Positions 1 through 12,687 of a stretch of 64,000 bases of DNA are shown here, piece after piece. This stretch comes from Octopus sinensis (taxonomy: Eukaryota): contig NC_043005.1 of NCBI RefSeq assembly GCF_006345805.1, forward strand, positions 69,254,001 through 69,318,000, written 5' to 3'. The translations under genes were made by a program, and so were the position numbers. The notes under the pieces were generated by a model that did no database searches, was not told the DNA's origin, and was given only the letters and a program-made list of their open reading frames with translations. How positions within the stretch are numbered: position 1 is the first letter of the stretch; the number at the start of each line of letters is the position of its first letter.

Positions 1-499
1 GAGAAAGAGAGAAAGTGTGAGGAAGAAAAAGAGGCAGAGAGACTGACAGATAAAGATCAAATTCGTTTCAAAATAAACAAACAGGTTGAGCATATGTGCT
101 TTAATCGGCTGCGTAGCCACAACAAGCGACTAGCGAACCTATTCGTTAGAATTTTTTTTCTTTTTTTCTAAATCAAACCACCCATAGAAAATATGTTTTC
201 CATAAAACTTACATGAATATGTCATGTATTAACGTGTTCGTAATATAAAGCATATTAACGTAAAAGTATCACTAGACATGGAATCAATATACGCAAAAGA
301 TTTCAAAGTACACATATACCAGTATGGTTTGAACAGTTCATTGGCTGACTATGAAGGAATGACGCCAAACCTGTTAACAATTATATTAATTTCAAATTTA
401 TTATTAATAACTGCATTTTCCCTAGATAAACTAATATATGGCTGTTCAAAGAAGACTTCAAAATCTATTAGTAGCGAATCTCTTGAAAATAGCCAACAT

Positions 500-790
500 T
501 TGGTATGGATATAATACCAAGTACCTGCAGAAAAAAAAAAGGCTTAATCCACAAAGAAAATTTAATGCCGACGTGGTTTGTACATTAGGGAATGACGCTT
601 CAGGTTCATCAACATTGCAAAGTGAGTAACTGAATTTTGGAGGAGCTGGGAGGGGCTTGAAGAAGAGCCAATACCTGGACCTCCTGCGACTGCACCACCG
701 GTGAAAACATTGATCGTCGTCACTGCATCGTAATCGATGACAGGCGATTGATTATAAATCAGATTTCAGATGCTATTAGCATAATTCACA
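500..790 (+). mobile_element. Decayed mariner-type transposase N-terminal (HTH) fragment
   Basis: Frameshifted manual translation KYLQKK...TLGNDA...K*VTEFWRSWEGLEEEPIPGPPATA...ENIDRRHCIVIDDRRLIINQISDAISI matches the mariner pattern W..EF.RGRESLEDDPRSGRP...ENI..V...V..DRR.T...IA. Confidence 0.8.
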
Positions 791-2169
791 TGTCACAAGA
801 AGGTACCCCGTTGTCAAATAAATATTAATGACATTTTTGCCGCAATTTGCATAATGAAATATTTGATTTTGTGCAGAAAGTAAAAACTGAGAGATCGAAA
901 TATTGTGAATGCTGTGCTGTAGGGGATAAAATGCGTCTTGTGGGGCGTACGGAATTAAGCACATACGTGTTTATTGGTTTCTCTCTTGGTCTTGTAGCCA
1001 TATTAAAAATAAAATGAACGCTTCTCTACAACAACAAAGGGTGCATAATTGTGCAATTCTCTTCAAATAATTTAGGCGATATTGCTGATGTTATATCATA
1101 TTACAGATATTATTTGATTATCTCTTAATTCTACTAGTCTCAACTATTCCAGTTGATATTGATGCAACAAATATACCTGATATATTTTGTGGAACTAAAT
1201 TTCTGTAACTGATGGTGTGCGTTTTGGATTACTCTCAACTGAAACTAATATTTATCTAAATTTCTATTTTATTTTCCTTGATTTTAGATTACATTATAAA
1301 ACTTTATTACAATTTTCGAACACATCCCTTAAAAAATCACGATCCTAAAGTTGTGTAATACTTGTCTACATTAAATTATATTTCAATTTACTTTACGAAT
1401 AAGGAATATGTTGCAACTTTGAATCGCATTGAAAGTTGGTTTCATATTCTAAAGTTATTTACTTATTTCCATAAATCATTTCCAGAAGAAATGTTTTTCG
1501 TTAAAGACTATATCAAAAGCTTAATTGAGGGCAAAAAACATGCATTTTGCAACAAGCTACGCTATTGTTCGGCGACTGAGAGGTGAAATGAAACCAATAA
1601 ATCAATTGATCAATGAATAATATGTAAACAGCAAAAGTAATATACTGGGGGAATAGTGTGAGGCATTCCAGATATCGAATACACAGTCTTAAACTTAAAT
1701 TCTCGATACGAGTAAACGAGATTTTATGAAGAATTCACCATAATAAATCATAATAGTCTGTACATGTTCATACGGGAAATGAGTGTTATTCCATTATAAG
1801 CAATTTTATATCATTATAGTAAATGATAAAACGTAAAAAAAAAAATGTATCCATGAAATACTACAAGTTGAGTTTGCTAAAATGTTATATAAAAATGAAT
1901 ACTTCATTTGGAGAAGTAGGTCAATGTTTGGATATTACAACCTCCTCAAAAATTAACAATTATTGGACTCTAAGCGGTTTTATATGTGGGACAGAAATGA
2001 TGGTTGAAAAGTACCGATTAGCTCCATGTTAAACTCAATTAAACAAATACCGAAATTTACTTGAGAATTCGTTGATATAGAAAAATGTATATCAAAGTGT
2101 GTATATTTTCAAAGAGTTCATGAAAATTGTCGTTTAACTTACAACTCTTTACATATTTAAATAATATAG

Positions 2170-2560
2170 GTATCAAAGTTTTTCACAAGTCCATAAAATT
2201 CCTGGAAGGGGTTCATTACTTTTATCCTAGTGTTCAACTGGTACTAAATTTCGCAACCCCCAAATGAGAAAAAGCAAATTCGACCTCGTCGGAATGTGAA
2301 CAGTAAAGGTAAAGACAGACAAAATGCTGCTATGTAATTTTTGCAGCATCATTAACGATTCTGCCAATTCGTCGACGTGAATGATTACATATTATTAGTT
2401 CCAAATTTTGGCACCAGACAAGTAATTTCAGGCGACGGCTTAATATGATTACAACGACCCAAGCGCCCAACTGGCACTTGATTTATCGACCCCAAAACAA
2501 ATAAAGGCAACGCAACCTTGTTGGAGTTTGAACTCAGAACATAAAGACGGACGTCAAGGA
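2170..2560 (-). mobile_element. Two degenerate tandem copies of tRNA-SINE family C
   Basis: Diverged matches to the motif tttatcgacccc...aaaggcaaagtcgacctcggcggaatttgaactcagaac seen intact at 31651-32069. Confidence 0.7.
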
Positions 2561-3529
2561 AGTTCAAAGGTCACATATGGAGTTGAAACCGTTGTGGTCT
2601 TCCTATAAGAATCAAAATCTTATAATACTTTAAAGACACCAAAGATCGATCATAATCAAAATAGATAACATGACAAGTTTGAATATGAGGATCGTCTCGG
2701 GAGGCTATAACTTTATTCTCTCCAATGCCATCGTGAGCGACATATTATGTGTATGATGTGAAAAGTACTGGAACAGCTCTGTACAAATAATGTTTACGTT
2801 TAAAATTCCCACATTGCTTGGTCACCTACAAAAATCATACGCACATCACATCACAACATTAAGATACAACTTATTCATTTCTTCTGGCATTACTTTCTTT
2901 AACATCACGCTTGCATACAGGAGATAAAAAATATCTTACAATGTTCAAAACGGGTCCTGGACGACTGTCTCCATCAAATTTTAAAAAATACCATCTAGAC
3001 GCAGAAATATCTCTAATAAATAATTCTTTACTCGATTAAGCTTATGCTATGGTAACCAAAGAATGAATATAATATGAAATACAGCTGAATATTTTTCTTA
3101 GGTGGTGGCATTAAATCAAGTATACCCTGGGCCAATTTTGACCTAAACATATCTAAATATGAAAGTATCTAAGCACACACGCACACTCACACACGCACAC
3201 ACCACGTACGCACACACATGCACACGCACAGGTATATACGTATATTCTAAGTGTAGGAGCTCGAGTGTGACGAAATGGTATAGGAACGTAAATATTCTAT
3301 TACATCAAGAAATTAAATGTGTTTCTGCATCTTCAAATATTCTATACACGAACTATAGAAATGCATCTTCAGGTATTGCAAGGCATCTGGAAAAGGAAAT
3401 GTTTAAATTACATTTACCACTTTGTATTCATGTTAATAACGTATTGTTCAAAGTATGAACGTGGATATTCTGCTGAGAAGAAATGCATTTTATGTTTCGA
3501 TATTTCAGTAACGGACAGTTTGAACACTT

Positions 3530-3531
<2 letters not shown>

Positions 3532-3568
<37 letters not shown>

Positions 3569-3589
3569 ACACACACACGCACACGCACG

Positions 3590-3647
<58 letters not shown>
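3532..3647. repeat. (CA)n microsatellite
   Basis: Directly visible. Confidence 0.95.
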
Positions 3648-3651
<4 letters not shown>

Positions 3652-3983
3652 ACGAAATAAAATCTTTGTCTGCCTCTCTGTCTTTTTCTGTCTCTGTCCC
3701 TTTCTCACTTTCTGCTAAATTACCTGATTCTCAGTCATTCTGGCGCTATTTCTTCGTTCGATCTTTCTTTATACAAATGCACAACATACAAAAATTTCAC
3801 ATACGTGCATTCATACATTACAGATACACAAATATGTTATAGAATTACGTGCATTAGCTGGTTTATATGAGTAGAGATACGTAACCATAGACTGATGACA
3901 TATTCATGGCAATTAAACGATTACCTTACGTGTTTTCAGCGAAACATGTTTTAATGTTACACTGTGAAATATGTATGGCTTAC

Positions 3984-4201
3984 TCTTGAAACTAATTAAA
4001 TAATTAGATATATCAATTTTTACGAAAACAAAATGTTGTCAGAACAGAGGATAACAAAAGAACTAGTAAATTAAGATTTATACTTGCTTCTCTGAAGACG
4101 GATTATCTTTCGTATTTCGATCATCCTCTTCATGACGCACATGCTTCTAATTAGTTATGAAACAGTGGCGCGGAGTTTAAATTTTGACGTCGTTTAAATT
4201 A
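3984..4201 (+). repeat. Diverged direct repeat, copy 1 (~215 bp)
   Basis: Colinear with 4925-5137 (shared gaactagtaaatta, tgaagacggattatctttcgtatttc, ttgacgtcgtttaaatta). Confidence 0.9.
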
Positions 4202-4319
4202 TACGATTTCGGTTAATATTCTATTATATCTATAAAGAATACCTTAGATGAAGCGCATTGCAAGTTTGTAGCTAGCTATGTCACAAACTTTATTTCCTTA
4301 AGAGTAGATGCAAATGGAA

Positions 4320-4925
4320 TTACAACCGTGTTTCGTGGTCTGCTACCACAACAGCTCCTTCATAGGATCCATTTAGCTCAAGACATCATCAGGAGGAACC
4401 ACGTCCGGTTTCCGTCCCTACTCCTCTAACGTTTTGACGTGGCGGGGCGCCTCTCCTTTCGGATGTGTCTTCAGCTCTGGTGTTGGGTGCATGGCCTCTT
4501 TCTTCCTCCTTCTTCTGTTCCCTGGCCTCTTCGATGAATCGTCTGCGAGTGTCAGCCGGTGACTGACTGTCTAGTTAAATTTTTCCCTTTAAAGAACTGC
4601 CGCATAGACTCCAGCAGGCAGCCCCAGCAAGTTGTCACGTGAAACTGTCTCACCTTAACTGACTAGTGAAAGCGCGTAGTTTTAGCCCGCGCGTTTTCTA
4701 AACGACCATCACCTGTCAGGCTGCGAAGCTGATTCAGTCAGCTTGTCTCACCTAATGATGTTATTTCCCGTCGGCGTGTTTATGACTTTCAAGCCATTTT
4801 CGGTCTTCCCGCTTCAGCCATATATAGAAGCTGGCTTTTTCGACAGCCTCCTGTACTCTCCTTATTAGTTTACGCAGCTCGGGGCTAGAAAAAGCAAATC
4901 TTCTTTTGAAAAGCGTTGTCATTTT
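4320..4925 (-). mobile_element. 3' end (ORF C-terminus plus 3' UTR) of a HERO-like RLE non-LTR retrotransposon
   Basis: Minus strand 4922-4761 reads MTTLFKRRFAFSSPELRKLIRRVQEAVEKASFYIWLKREDRKWLESHKHADGK*; AxEKAS..IWLKR.D..W resembles HERO-clade C-termini (from recognition); GC-rich island in AT-rich flanks. Confidence 0.65.
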
Positions 4926-5137
4926 CTTGAAATAAATAATGAGACATATTAATTTTTATGAAAACAAAATGATGTGATAACACAGAAGTACACAAGAACT
5001 AGTAAATTACGATTTATACTCTCTTCTATGAAGACGGATTATCTTTCGTATTTCTATCTTCCTCTTCATGACGTACATGCTTGTTAATAGTTATGAAACA
5101 GTATCACGGACTTTCAATGTTGACGTCGTTTAAATTA
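4925..5137 (+). repeat. Diverged direct repeat, copy 2
   Basis: Colinear with 3984-4201; begins at the 5' junction of the HERO-like fragment. Confidence 0.9.
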
Positions 5138-5220
5138 GTTGTCGGGAAACGATATACTCTAACTAAGGTTTTGAAGTCTTAAAGAATATGACATTCAATC
5201 ATTTCAACTCAGAATGCTAC

Positions 5221-5288
5221 TTAATGACAATATTAAATATTCTAATTAACGACAAAATTAAATATTCTAATTAATGACAATATTAAAA
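5221..5288. repeat. 25-bp minisatellite, ~2.7 units
   Basis: ttaatgacaatattaaatattctaa repeated. Confidence 0.85.
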
Positions 5289-5724
5289 CAAACGCCGAGA
5301 TTAAATTTTCATTAGCGGGAAGTAAATAGTAATTAGATAGCTCGAAATATGAGAAAAGTATCGTATCTTAACAAAAGTGCAAGTAAATATATTAAAACGG
5401 ACGCGATAGATGTTATGAAAACTGTCAAGAATGTAATCAATGGTTTATGAAACACGGCACATTAACGGGATAGGAATGTTTCAGTCAAATAGCAAATAAA
5501 TATCTAGTTTAAATTCTACTGAGAAAAGTACAGACAGCTGAGGAGGCGTAAAGTAAAAAAAAACAACTTATTTACATTGGAAGTATTCATAAACAATACT
5601 AGAACCTTGCTAGAAATTAAAGGAACCATCACGAAGATAAATATCGTATCCCATATGAAACGCAGATATTTCGTTGTCAATTATGTAATGATTTTTCTCT
5701 CTTTTGCACTCTCTAATATCGATA

Positions 5725-5880
5725 CAAACGCGGTATTTCGTCTGTCTTTACGTTATGAGTTCGAATTCCATCGAGGTCGAGTTTTCCTTTCATCATTTCA
5801 AGGTCGATAAATTTAGTACCAGTTGCGAGCTGTAAGCGATCTAACTGACTGAACCTCTCCCTGAAATTTCGAGCGTTTAG
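5725..5880 (+). mobile_element. tRNA-SINE family C, degenerate
   Basis: gagttcgaattcc B-box-like motif then cgaggtcgagttttcctttcatc...gtcgataaatttagtaccag. Confidence 0.75.
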
Positions 5881-6389
5881 AGTATAAAAGAATGTTTTCA
5901 GTCTCCAGTGAAATATCTAAATTTGCTATTTATATATACTATGCAGATTTCAAATTTGTATAAGCATACTCATACACTCACAATTCTCACACAAGCGGGA
6001 TGTTGCTCACACCTCGTCAGTTATCGTTCAAAAGATCTTTAAAATTTCACGCCTTTAACAACATTTCTTTTCACATTTGGTGGCGTCACCAGCGAGAAGC
6101 TGCTGCGACAGCGATAATGTTGGGAAGAAACATGACACAAATATGAATAAACAAACAGAATAAAACAAGTATATAGAACATAGAAAGAAAAAGAACCGCT
6201 TCTAATACGATACGAATATACATTTAACACAAAAGCGGTCGTGTAAGACTAGAAGCGAAAAAGGGGACAGATGGAAGAACAAAACGAAGTTGATATAAAA
6301 GTGAACGTCGAAAAAACTATGTTGAAAGTATTGAGTAAGGCGATGGAAGCGTGAATGAATCACTCAGCAGTCAAGCAGAAAAATGAAAT

Positions 6390-6408
6390 GCAAGAGAGAG
6401 AGAGAGAT

Positions 6409-6439
<31 letters not shown>

Positions 6440-6692
6440 AAGATAAAGAGAGAGAGAGAGAAAACTAAAGAGAGAAAGAGGGAGTGAGTGAGAGTGGAGA
6501 GAGAGAAAGTGCGAGAGGGAGAGAGATGAGACCCACAGAGGCAGAGAGATGGAAATATTCACAAGTTAAATAGTACGAGAGAAAGTAGTGGAAGCAGCGA
6601 TAAAGAAACAGCAACAGAAACAGGTAAGATGGAGCGAGAGAGAAGGAGAGAGAGAAAGAGGAGAGCCAAAGAGAGAGAGAAACAGAGACAGT
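6390..6692. repeat. Degenerate (GA)n purine tract
   Basis: Directly visible. Confidence 0.85.
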
Positions 6693-8231
6693 ATTAGACG
6701 TTGCACAGAAATATTTGTCTGAAGTGATAGAATGTAAGAGTGGTGTAAAAATAATAAATACCAAAATTTAAACAAATATAACAAAAGACCAAACAGCAAA
6801 AACCGTCACTTATCCAAACGTCCGTTATAATTTCACGCATTTGACGATAATATTCAGCAGCGAGAATTTCCTGGGAATAGAGGGCAAGTATTAGGGGACA
6901 GTGACAAAAAAAAATACGACACATGTGTGAATATACAAATTTATATATAAGTTTATATAGATTCTTAAAAGTATGCAAAAATACACGCAAGGACACATAT
7001 ATACAAATGTTGAAACTGTATATATGAATATGTGTGTTTGTGTGTGGTTGTGTGTGAAATTTTTATTCCGTGGTCTACTGAATCGTCGGTGGAAAATAGT
7101 TTTGAAATCTGGAGCGTTTGGAAAGTTAAATCACTTTAAAATGAATTACTTTCGTGGTTGCATGGCTTTTTAGCTGATCATATATTTGCTCTATAAAACA
7201 AAAACGTGATTTTTGTGTTTGCTGGTATATTCATAAATAAAGCTTTTTTATATCATAACCGATTGTTTAAATGAATATTAACATTTCAAAACATATATAT
7301 ATATATCACTATCTATACAAAAATATATTGATTTTTCGTAAACCTCGTGTTTCATTATCAATTGAAAGTCCATAGAAATATTTGGATCGAATCTATCTGA
7401 CATTCAATAACAGCAGGATGCCAGATGGATTTCTATATAAAATGCAATACTGGATGAATAAAATTATAATTTTGTTTCATTAATGAAATGTGTAACCTCG
7501 GTGAATAATAATTTTTCTTTTCTTTTTATGTCAGATAACAGCTTAGCATAGCGCAAGCAAATACCAACTCCAATTCACAAATCATTATAGGGTTCTGAAT
7601 GTCGTTCTAATGATAAAGATTTCGTTGAAGTCAACAAAAACAACAGGTTCGCTATTGTACTTTACCGAGCACCAATTTTCTTTTCTCCTAATTTAGAGTA
7701 ACATCATATTATACTAGTTGCACTGGTCCCCGATTTTGAAAAAGAAATAATGCGTAACGGGCTTTCAAATATCACGTCAAAGATACGATTATTTCAGCGG
7801 AAATATTTTATGATGTCTTATAAAATTAATAATTACGAAATATTTAATACAATGTCTTGACTATATGTGGAGCAATCTATCATGCTGCATAATAAAGAAT
7901 CCGAATATCGACATTATTAATTCTTACTTGAAGTGTAGGAATTGTAATTTTCTGCAAATTTGAAGAAAATGCTTGTCATCTATTTGGCAGAAAATTATCA
8001 TGACTATAAAGTATGTATATTTTTATGAGTGTGTACATATGTGCGTAACTGTGTGTGTATACGCACTGTTCTAGTTAACTTCCTAGATAGATTAACAGTG
8101 AAATTCGATGAAATTTGGATTGGGTGGTTGTTACTGTTTGGGATGGTGGAGTCTATTTCATTTCGCGAATGAGGCCCACCAGGATATATTCTTTCCCTGA
8201 ACGTCAATATTGAATATATATATATATATAG

Positions 8232-8262
<31 letters not shown>

Positions 8263-8597
8263 GATATAGATATATATATCTTGCAAACTTCATACGTGCC
8301 TTGTGATGAACTCCCTCAGCACAAGAACATACAAACACCACATATAACCAGAATATAATATATTTAGCAAACGAATACACAATCCAACACGAATTTTTCT
8401 CCAGATGTCAAACCCAATGAAGGTGATCACTCATAAGTTGTCATCCAATAGTAGCGCCCCTTGATATCTTGCTTTCTTTAGGAGGCGTATTGTGAATTCC
8501 CGAGATATTTCGTATGTTCATCAAAAATAGAGAAAATTAGAATTCATCCATCTGACCGGCTTGAAGATATTAAGCTATTTTTCTTAATATGTGTAGG

Positions 8598-8638
<41 letters not shown>

Positions 8639-8677
8639 GATCAAAATAAAAAATAAAAACATGATGCCAAGGATTCA

Positions 8678-8755
8678 GAGGTACATATGTTTCGGGCCTT
8701 TATTAGACAGATTTATAACAATGCATAATGTATGTCTGTGGCCTTCTTCAGCCGC
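8678..8755 (-). ncRNA. Minimal type I hammerhead ribozyme motif (left arm)
   Basis: Mirror of 8922-8999 with one stem I mismatch (cctc instead of ccgc). Confidence 0.7.
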
Positions 8756-8921
8756 GCACAACAACTTCCACAAGGACATGTGTTACATCAAAAATTCTAA
8801 GAACGAGATGGACGCTTCAATTCTATGCTGCTGCCGCATTATGTCGTACGCGAATGAGAGGATTTGCATCCCCAACCAAGAATTTTTGATGTAACACATG
8901 TCCTTGTGGAAGTTGTTGTGC

Positions 8922-8999
8922 GCGGCTGAAGAAGGCCACAGACATACATTATGCATTGTTATAAATCTGTCTAATAAAGGCCCGAAACATATGTACCGC
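8922..8999 (+). ncRNA. Minimal type I hammerhead ribozyme motif (right arm)
   Basis: gcgg CTGAAGA aggcc...ggccc GAAA catatg TA ccgc: stem I gcgg/ccgc, intact core, stem II ggcc/ggcc, palindromic stem III acatatgt, GUA cleavage triplet. Confidence 0.8.
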
Positions 9000-9129
9000 T
9001 GAATCCTTGGCATCATGTTTTTATTTTTTATTTTGATCAATTTACTCCTCCACCTACACCACCAAACGGTATATACAGGTGCTTACACTTATCAAGTACT
9101 CACCCCGAATTTCTGTACTCAAGTATATA

Positions 9130-9177
<48 letters not shown>

Positions 9178-9714
9178 TCCTCGACATGTCTTGACCGGAA
9201 GAGTCGGTGGAACATTATAGTTGTTAGTTGAATGTCACTTTTTTATATGTACTGATAACAATTTCACATGCATGCGGATCGCCGGATTCGCAAAGTATAT
9301 AGGTCTTTTCGGATGTCAAGTTCATAGAAAAGAACTGTAGTTTTACCCCGATCAAACGTTAGGAAAGAAAGCAATAACATTATGCGAATCAGAAGCAGAA
9401 ATCCTTTCGTCCAAAATTGCAAATAAGAGCATGGATATATCGATGCAAATCTCTCGAATGTGTAATAATCATTTTATAGGAAGACACAATGGAGAAGATC
9501 TTTATACCACAGAAATTAAATATTATTGCCAAGGAAGATAATTTGGTACGATGAATCCTTACAAATGTCCGTCGAGAAACCTGGATAAAGAAAATTCTTT
9601 TGATGAAATATGTCCTTATTCACTGGTATAATAGTACTAGCTGTCATGCAGTACACCGGCTGAGTATGTAATGCAATATATGTTGAGTGGATGTCTGTAC
9701 ACGTATCTGGATGA

Positions 9715-10215
9715 GAGTCGCCTATGAATTTTATTCCATCCGGTCAATTTTCAGCGCATTACCAACTTTAGTCTTCGGACATATTCCATCCTCAGTTGTT
9801 CTTCAATTACTTTTCCATGAATCCTTTCGACTCTAGTATGCCAGGGAATTTGTAGCTTTGTTTTTAATTTGTTTACTAAGTTTTCTCTTAGGTAATTCTA
9901 TTTCTCCTAAGGACTAAACCTTTCCTATTTTTAAGTACATTACACTCCACTTCTGGAGTCTGAACTCCAATTGAATATCAGTACTGAAACAGTGGACCGT
10001 GTTCAACAAATAACTCACCTGTGCCACATTAATGCTATACAGGTTTACATCATGCTTGAAAAAGAGGTGGACTATTGTTTGAGAGTTTCCCTTCAGCTGA
10101 TATCTGAGGTTCATTTTCTCATGTACCAAGTTCAGATGAAATATGCAGAGAATAAAAAGCAACGGAGATAAACTGTCCACAGGGAACATCCTTCTTCCTA
10201 TGTCCAGAATGCCCA
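9715..10215 (-). mobile_element. R4/Dong-clade non-LTR retrotransposon, decayed RT domains 4-7
   Basis: IGRRMFPVDSLSPLLFILC (GIFQGDSLSPLLF), IVHLFFKHDVNLYS (HLLFMDDLKLY), YKFPGILE (YKYLGILE), EYVRRLKLVM. Confidence 0.85.
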
Positions 10216-10234
10216 AGATTAAAGCTGGGATGTC

Positions 10235-10860
10235 AACTGTAAAGTCAATTATGAGGCACTTTCTATTCTCATTATCTACTACTACCAAATCAGGCCTTCT
10301 AACTTCTATTACTTTGTCAGTCTGAATATTAAAGTCTCACAACCTCTTGTATTTCTTACTTTCTAGTATTTTGCTAGGTTCATGTTCATACCGTTTCTCA
10401 GTATGTTCAAATCCTAACGTTCTACATAGTTCCCAGTGGATTTCTCTCCCTAGATTGTCACGCCTTTTCTTGTATTCTTTCAGTACCAGCATGCTACATT
10501 CATTTAATGTATGGGTGATGCTTCCCTCTTTTGATTTGTATAATCTACATTGGGAACCTACGTGTTTTTGCTTATATAGGCTTTTATCCTTAATGCTTGA
10601 TCTTCTTCAGCTACTAACAAACTTTCTGTCTCACTCTTCAGCTGTCCTTTATGGAATAAACATGTCTCACTAGAACTATTTGCTGGAACTATCTTTGGGA
10701 ATCCCTCATGTAACGCTTTCTCGTGCCTATTCTTGTTTTTCAGTTCGTTTGGTGTTTTGATTTCCCTGTGTTTTGGTGTGACTCTAACAGCTTTTAATAA
10801 GCTTACTTCACTATTACCTACATAGGAATCTATATCTTTTGCAGCTACCTCCACGCAGTC
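10235..10860 (-). mobile_element. R4/Dong-clade non-LTR retrotransposon, zinc knuckle and restriction-like endonuclease region
   Basis: KGQLKSETESLLVAEEDQAL, CRLYKSKEGSITHTLNEC...IHWELC, DFNIQTDKVIEVRRPDLVVVDNENRKCLIID (PD..D motif). Confidence 0.85.
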
Positions 10861-12620
10861 AGTCTTCTACTTTATTAACCCATTTCCACATTCTGTAGTT
10901 AGTACTCTGTCTGATTCTAATATTCTTACACACTTTTAAGTTCCTCCTCCCTTCATTCAATTTAATAGATATATCGCCATTAAATATATCGCCATTAATA
11001 TTTCCAGTTTGGAGACTGAATTTGTGACAACGAAAAACAACAGCAAACGTGCACGTTTACTGTCTACTAGTGACACTGAACGACTGAATGATTATATTAT
11101 ATATATATATATGTGTGTGTGTGTGCATAAATAAAAAAATTCAGTTGAATTGTGTATGAAAATTAACATTTTAAAATCAAATATTTGGATGGAACCTATC
11201 GCTAATTTCCATATGTACACTGTATATCCTTTAATACCATTATATTTTACACGGTAGTCTCTGAAACGTATCTCTCGAGAAAATAGAGAACCATCTATAT
11301 ATATGCGTGCGTGTGTGTGTATGCCATTGACTTCAGTCATGGGTTTCGGCATCAATGCTGTATGACCGTCTGTATGTTTCAAATCAGGATTTGATTGTTA
11401 TATCAAATATTATTTGGGTAATTGAGTTTGGAACACGTTCATATCTTAGATTTTTGTGTGTGGCGATACGGCGCAAGAAAACTGAGAATGAAAGTCACGT
11501 TTATAATCATAAATACATGTTTTCGGCTTAATCGTTTGAAACCAAATGACTAATGATTCCAATCTAAGAGTACAAACTATTCCCTACAAAATTATTTTGG
11601 GCAAAGTTAAAATGACTTAATGATAAATAAAGTTGAAAAGACTTTTTATGCAAGTAGTAGAAGTGCATTGTACCTCTTACATATTAGTATTTCATTCACA
11701 ATACTACTGCATGTAATAGAATAAATACATATTTTATAAATGGGATACCAGATCAAATTTGCTTTCAGGAAAACGAACACAAAATCAACATTTATGTACA
11801 TAACATGTACCAGGCACTAGACGGCAAATTCAGAATAACATTGGTGAGATATATATTATTTAATTCAACATTTATTTCTAACTCAGCGTAACACGAAGCG
11901 AATTGAATATGTGTTCGAAATATTTCACTTAAATCTATTTACTTCTTGTAAAGTCAATATACACTTCTTATCGATTCTTCCTACTTCATTCATGTGCTGG
12001 TAAACAATGTGCAAAACATCTTTTAATAGTATGGTTTAAAGCTATTATATATCTATGATTACGTAATGTTGCACTGTTCCATTTTCAATATACATTGTTA
12101 TGTCGTAAGAAAGGAAAATTTCCAAAATTTTGAAGAAAGCGAATTGTACTTAATCTCCTCTCACATTGAACTCTGCAAGACGTCCAAACAAAAACCGATT
12201 CCAAAGCTTTAAAGTGTCAATGAATTTGAAATTTATAATCTGTTCACGTATAAAATAAGGAAAAACCAATATTTTAAGATAAATAAAATCATAAAATTTC
12301 TCGATAGCTGAATATCAAAATTTCATTTATTAATTAATGTCTATTAAGTCTATTAGAACACCTCATTGAGAAGTAATATCCCACTTCTTATATCAAAGCA
12401 AAATATTTTAAAGAAATGTTTCATAATAGCAAAGAGGTTAGTCGATATAAGATCAAGTTACAAGATTGCAATGACATAGTTTATATATTGAGATCTCCAC
12501 TAGTATAAGTATAATAAATGCACAAATTAAGGTGTATTGAAATGAGCAAAATGATGGCAGACCCAGATTCGTATTCAATTCATAGTTTCATATTCGTTTC
12601 TACCCGTTATAACTCAATAC

Positions 12621-12624
<4 letters not shown>

Positions 12625-12685
<61 letters not shown>
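12625..12685. repeat. (TA)n microsatellite
   Basis: Directly visible; one of many (e.g. 18385-18525, 20625-20705, 21387-21482, 33170-33360, 36235-36360, 40461-40521). Confidence 0.95.

Positions 12686-12687
<2 letters not shown>

Larger units (their letters stand above)
8634..9124. mobile_element. Fold-back Penelope-like pLTR element: 165-bp inverted arms, 80-bp spacer, ~80-bp tail, inside (TA)n
   Basis: 8634-8798 is the reverse complement of 8879-9043 with one mismatch; each arm has a hammerhead motif; (TA)n on both sides. Confidence 0.85.

Noticed and set aside
3984-5137. LTR retrotransposon or TRIM (direct repeats around a GC-rich core)
   Set aside because: No TG...CA ends, PBS or PPT; the core translates as a non-LTR C-terminus
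5995-6030. Minus-strand CTGACGA followed by a hairpin
   Set aside because: No GAAA or UH/stem I downstream
8589-9040. Two opposite-strand ORFs with identical peptide
   Set aside because: A consequence of the inverted repeat; no recognisable domain
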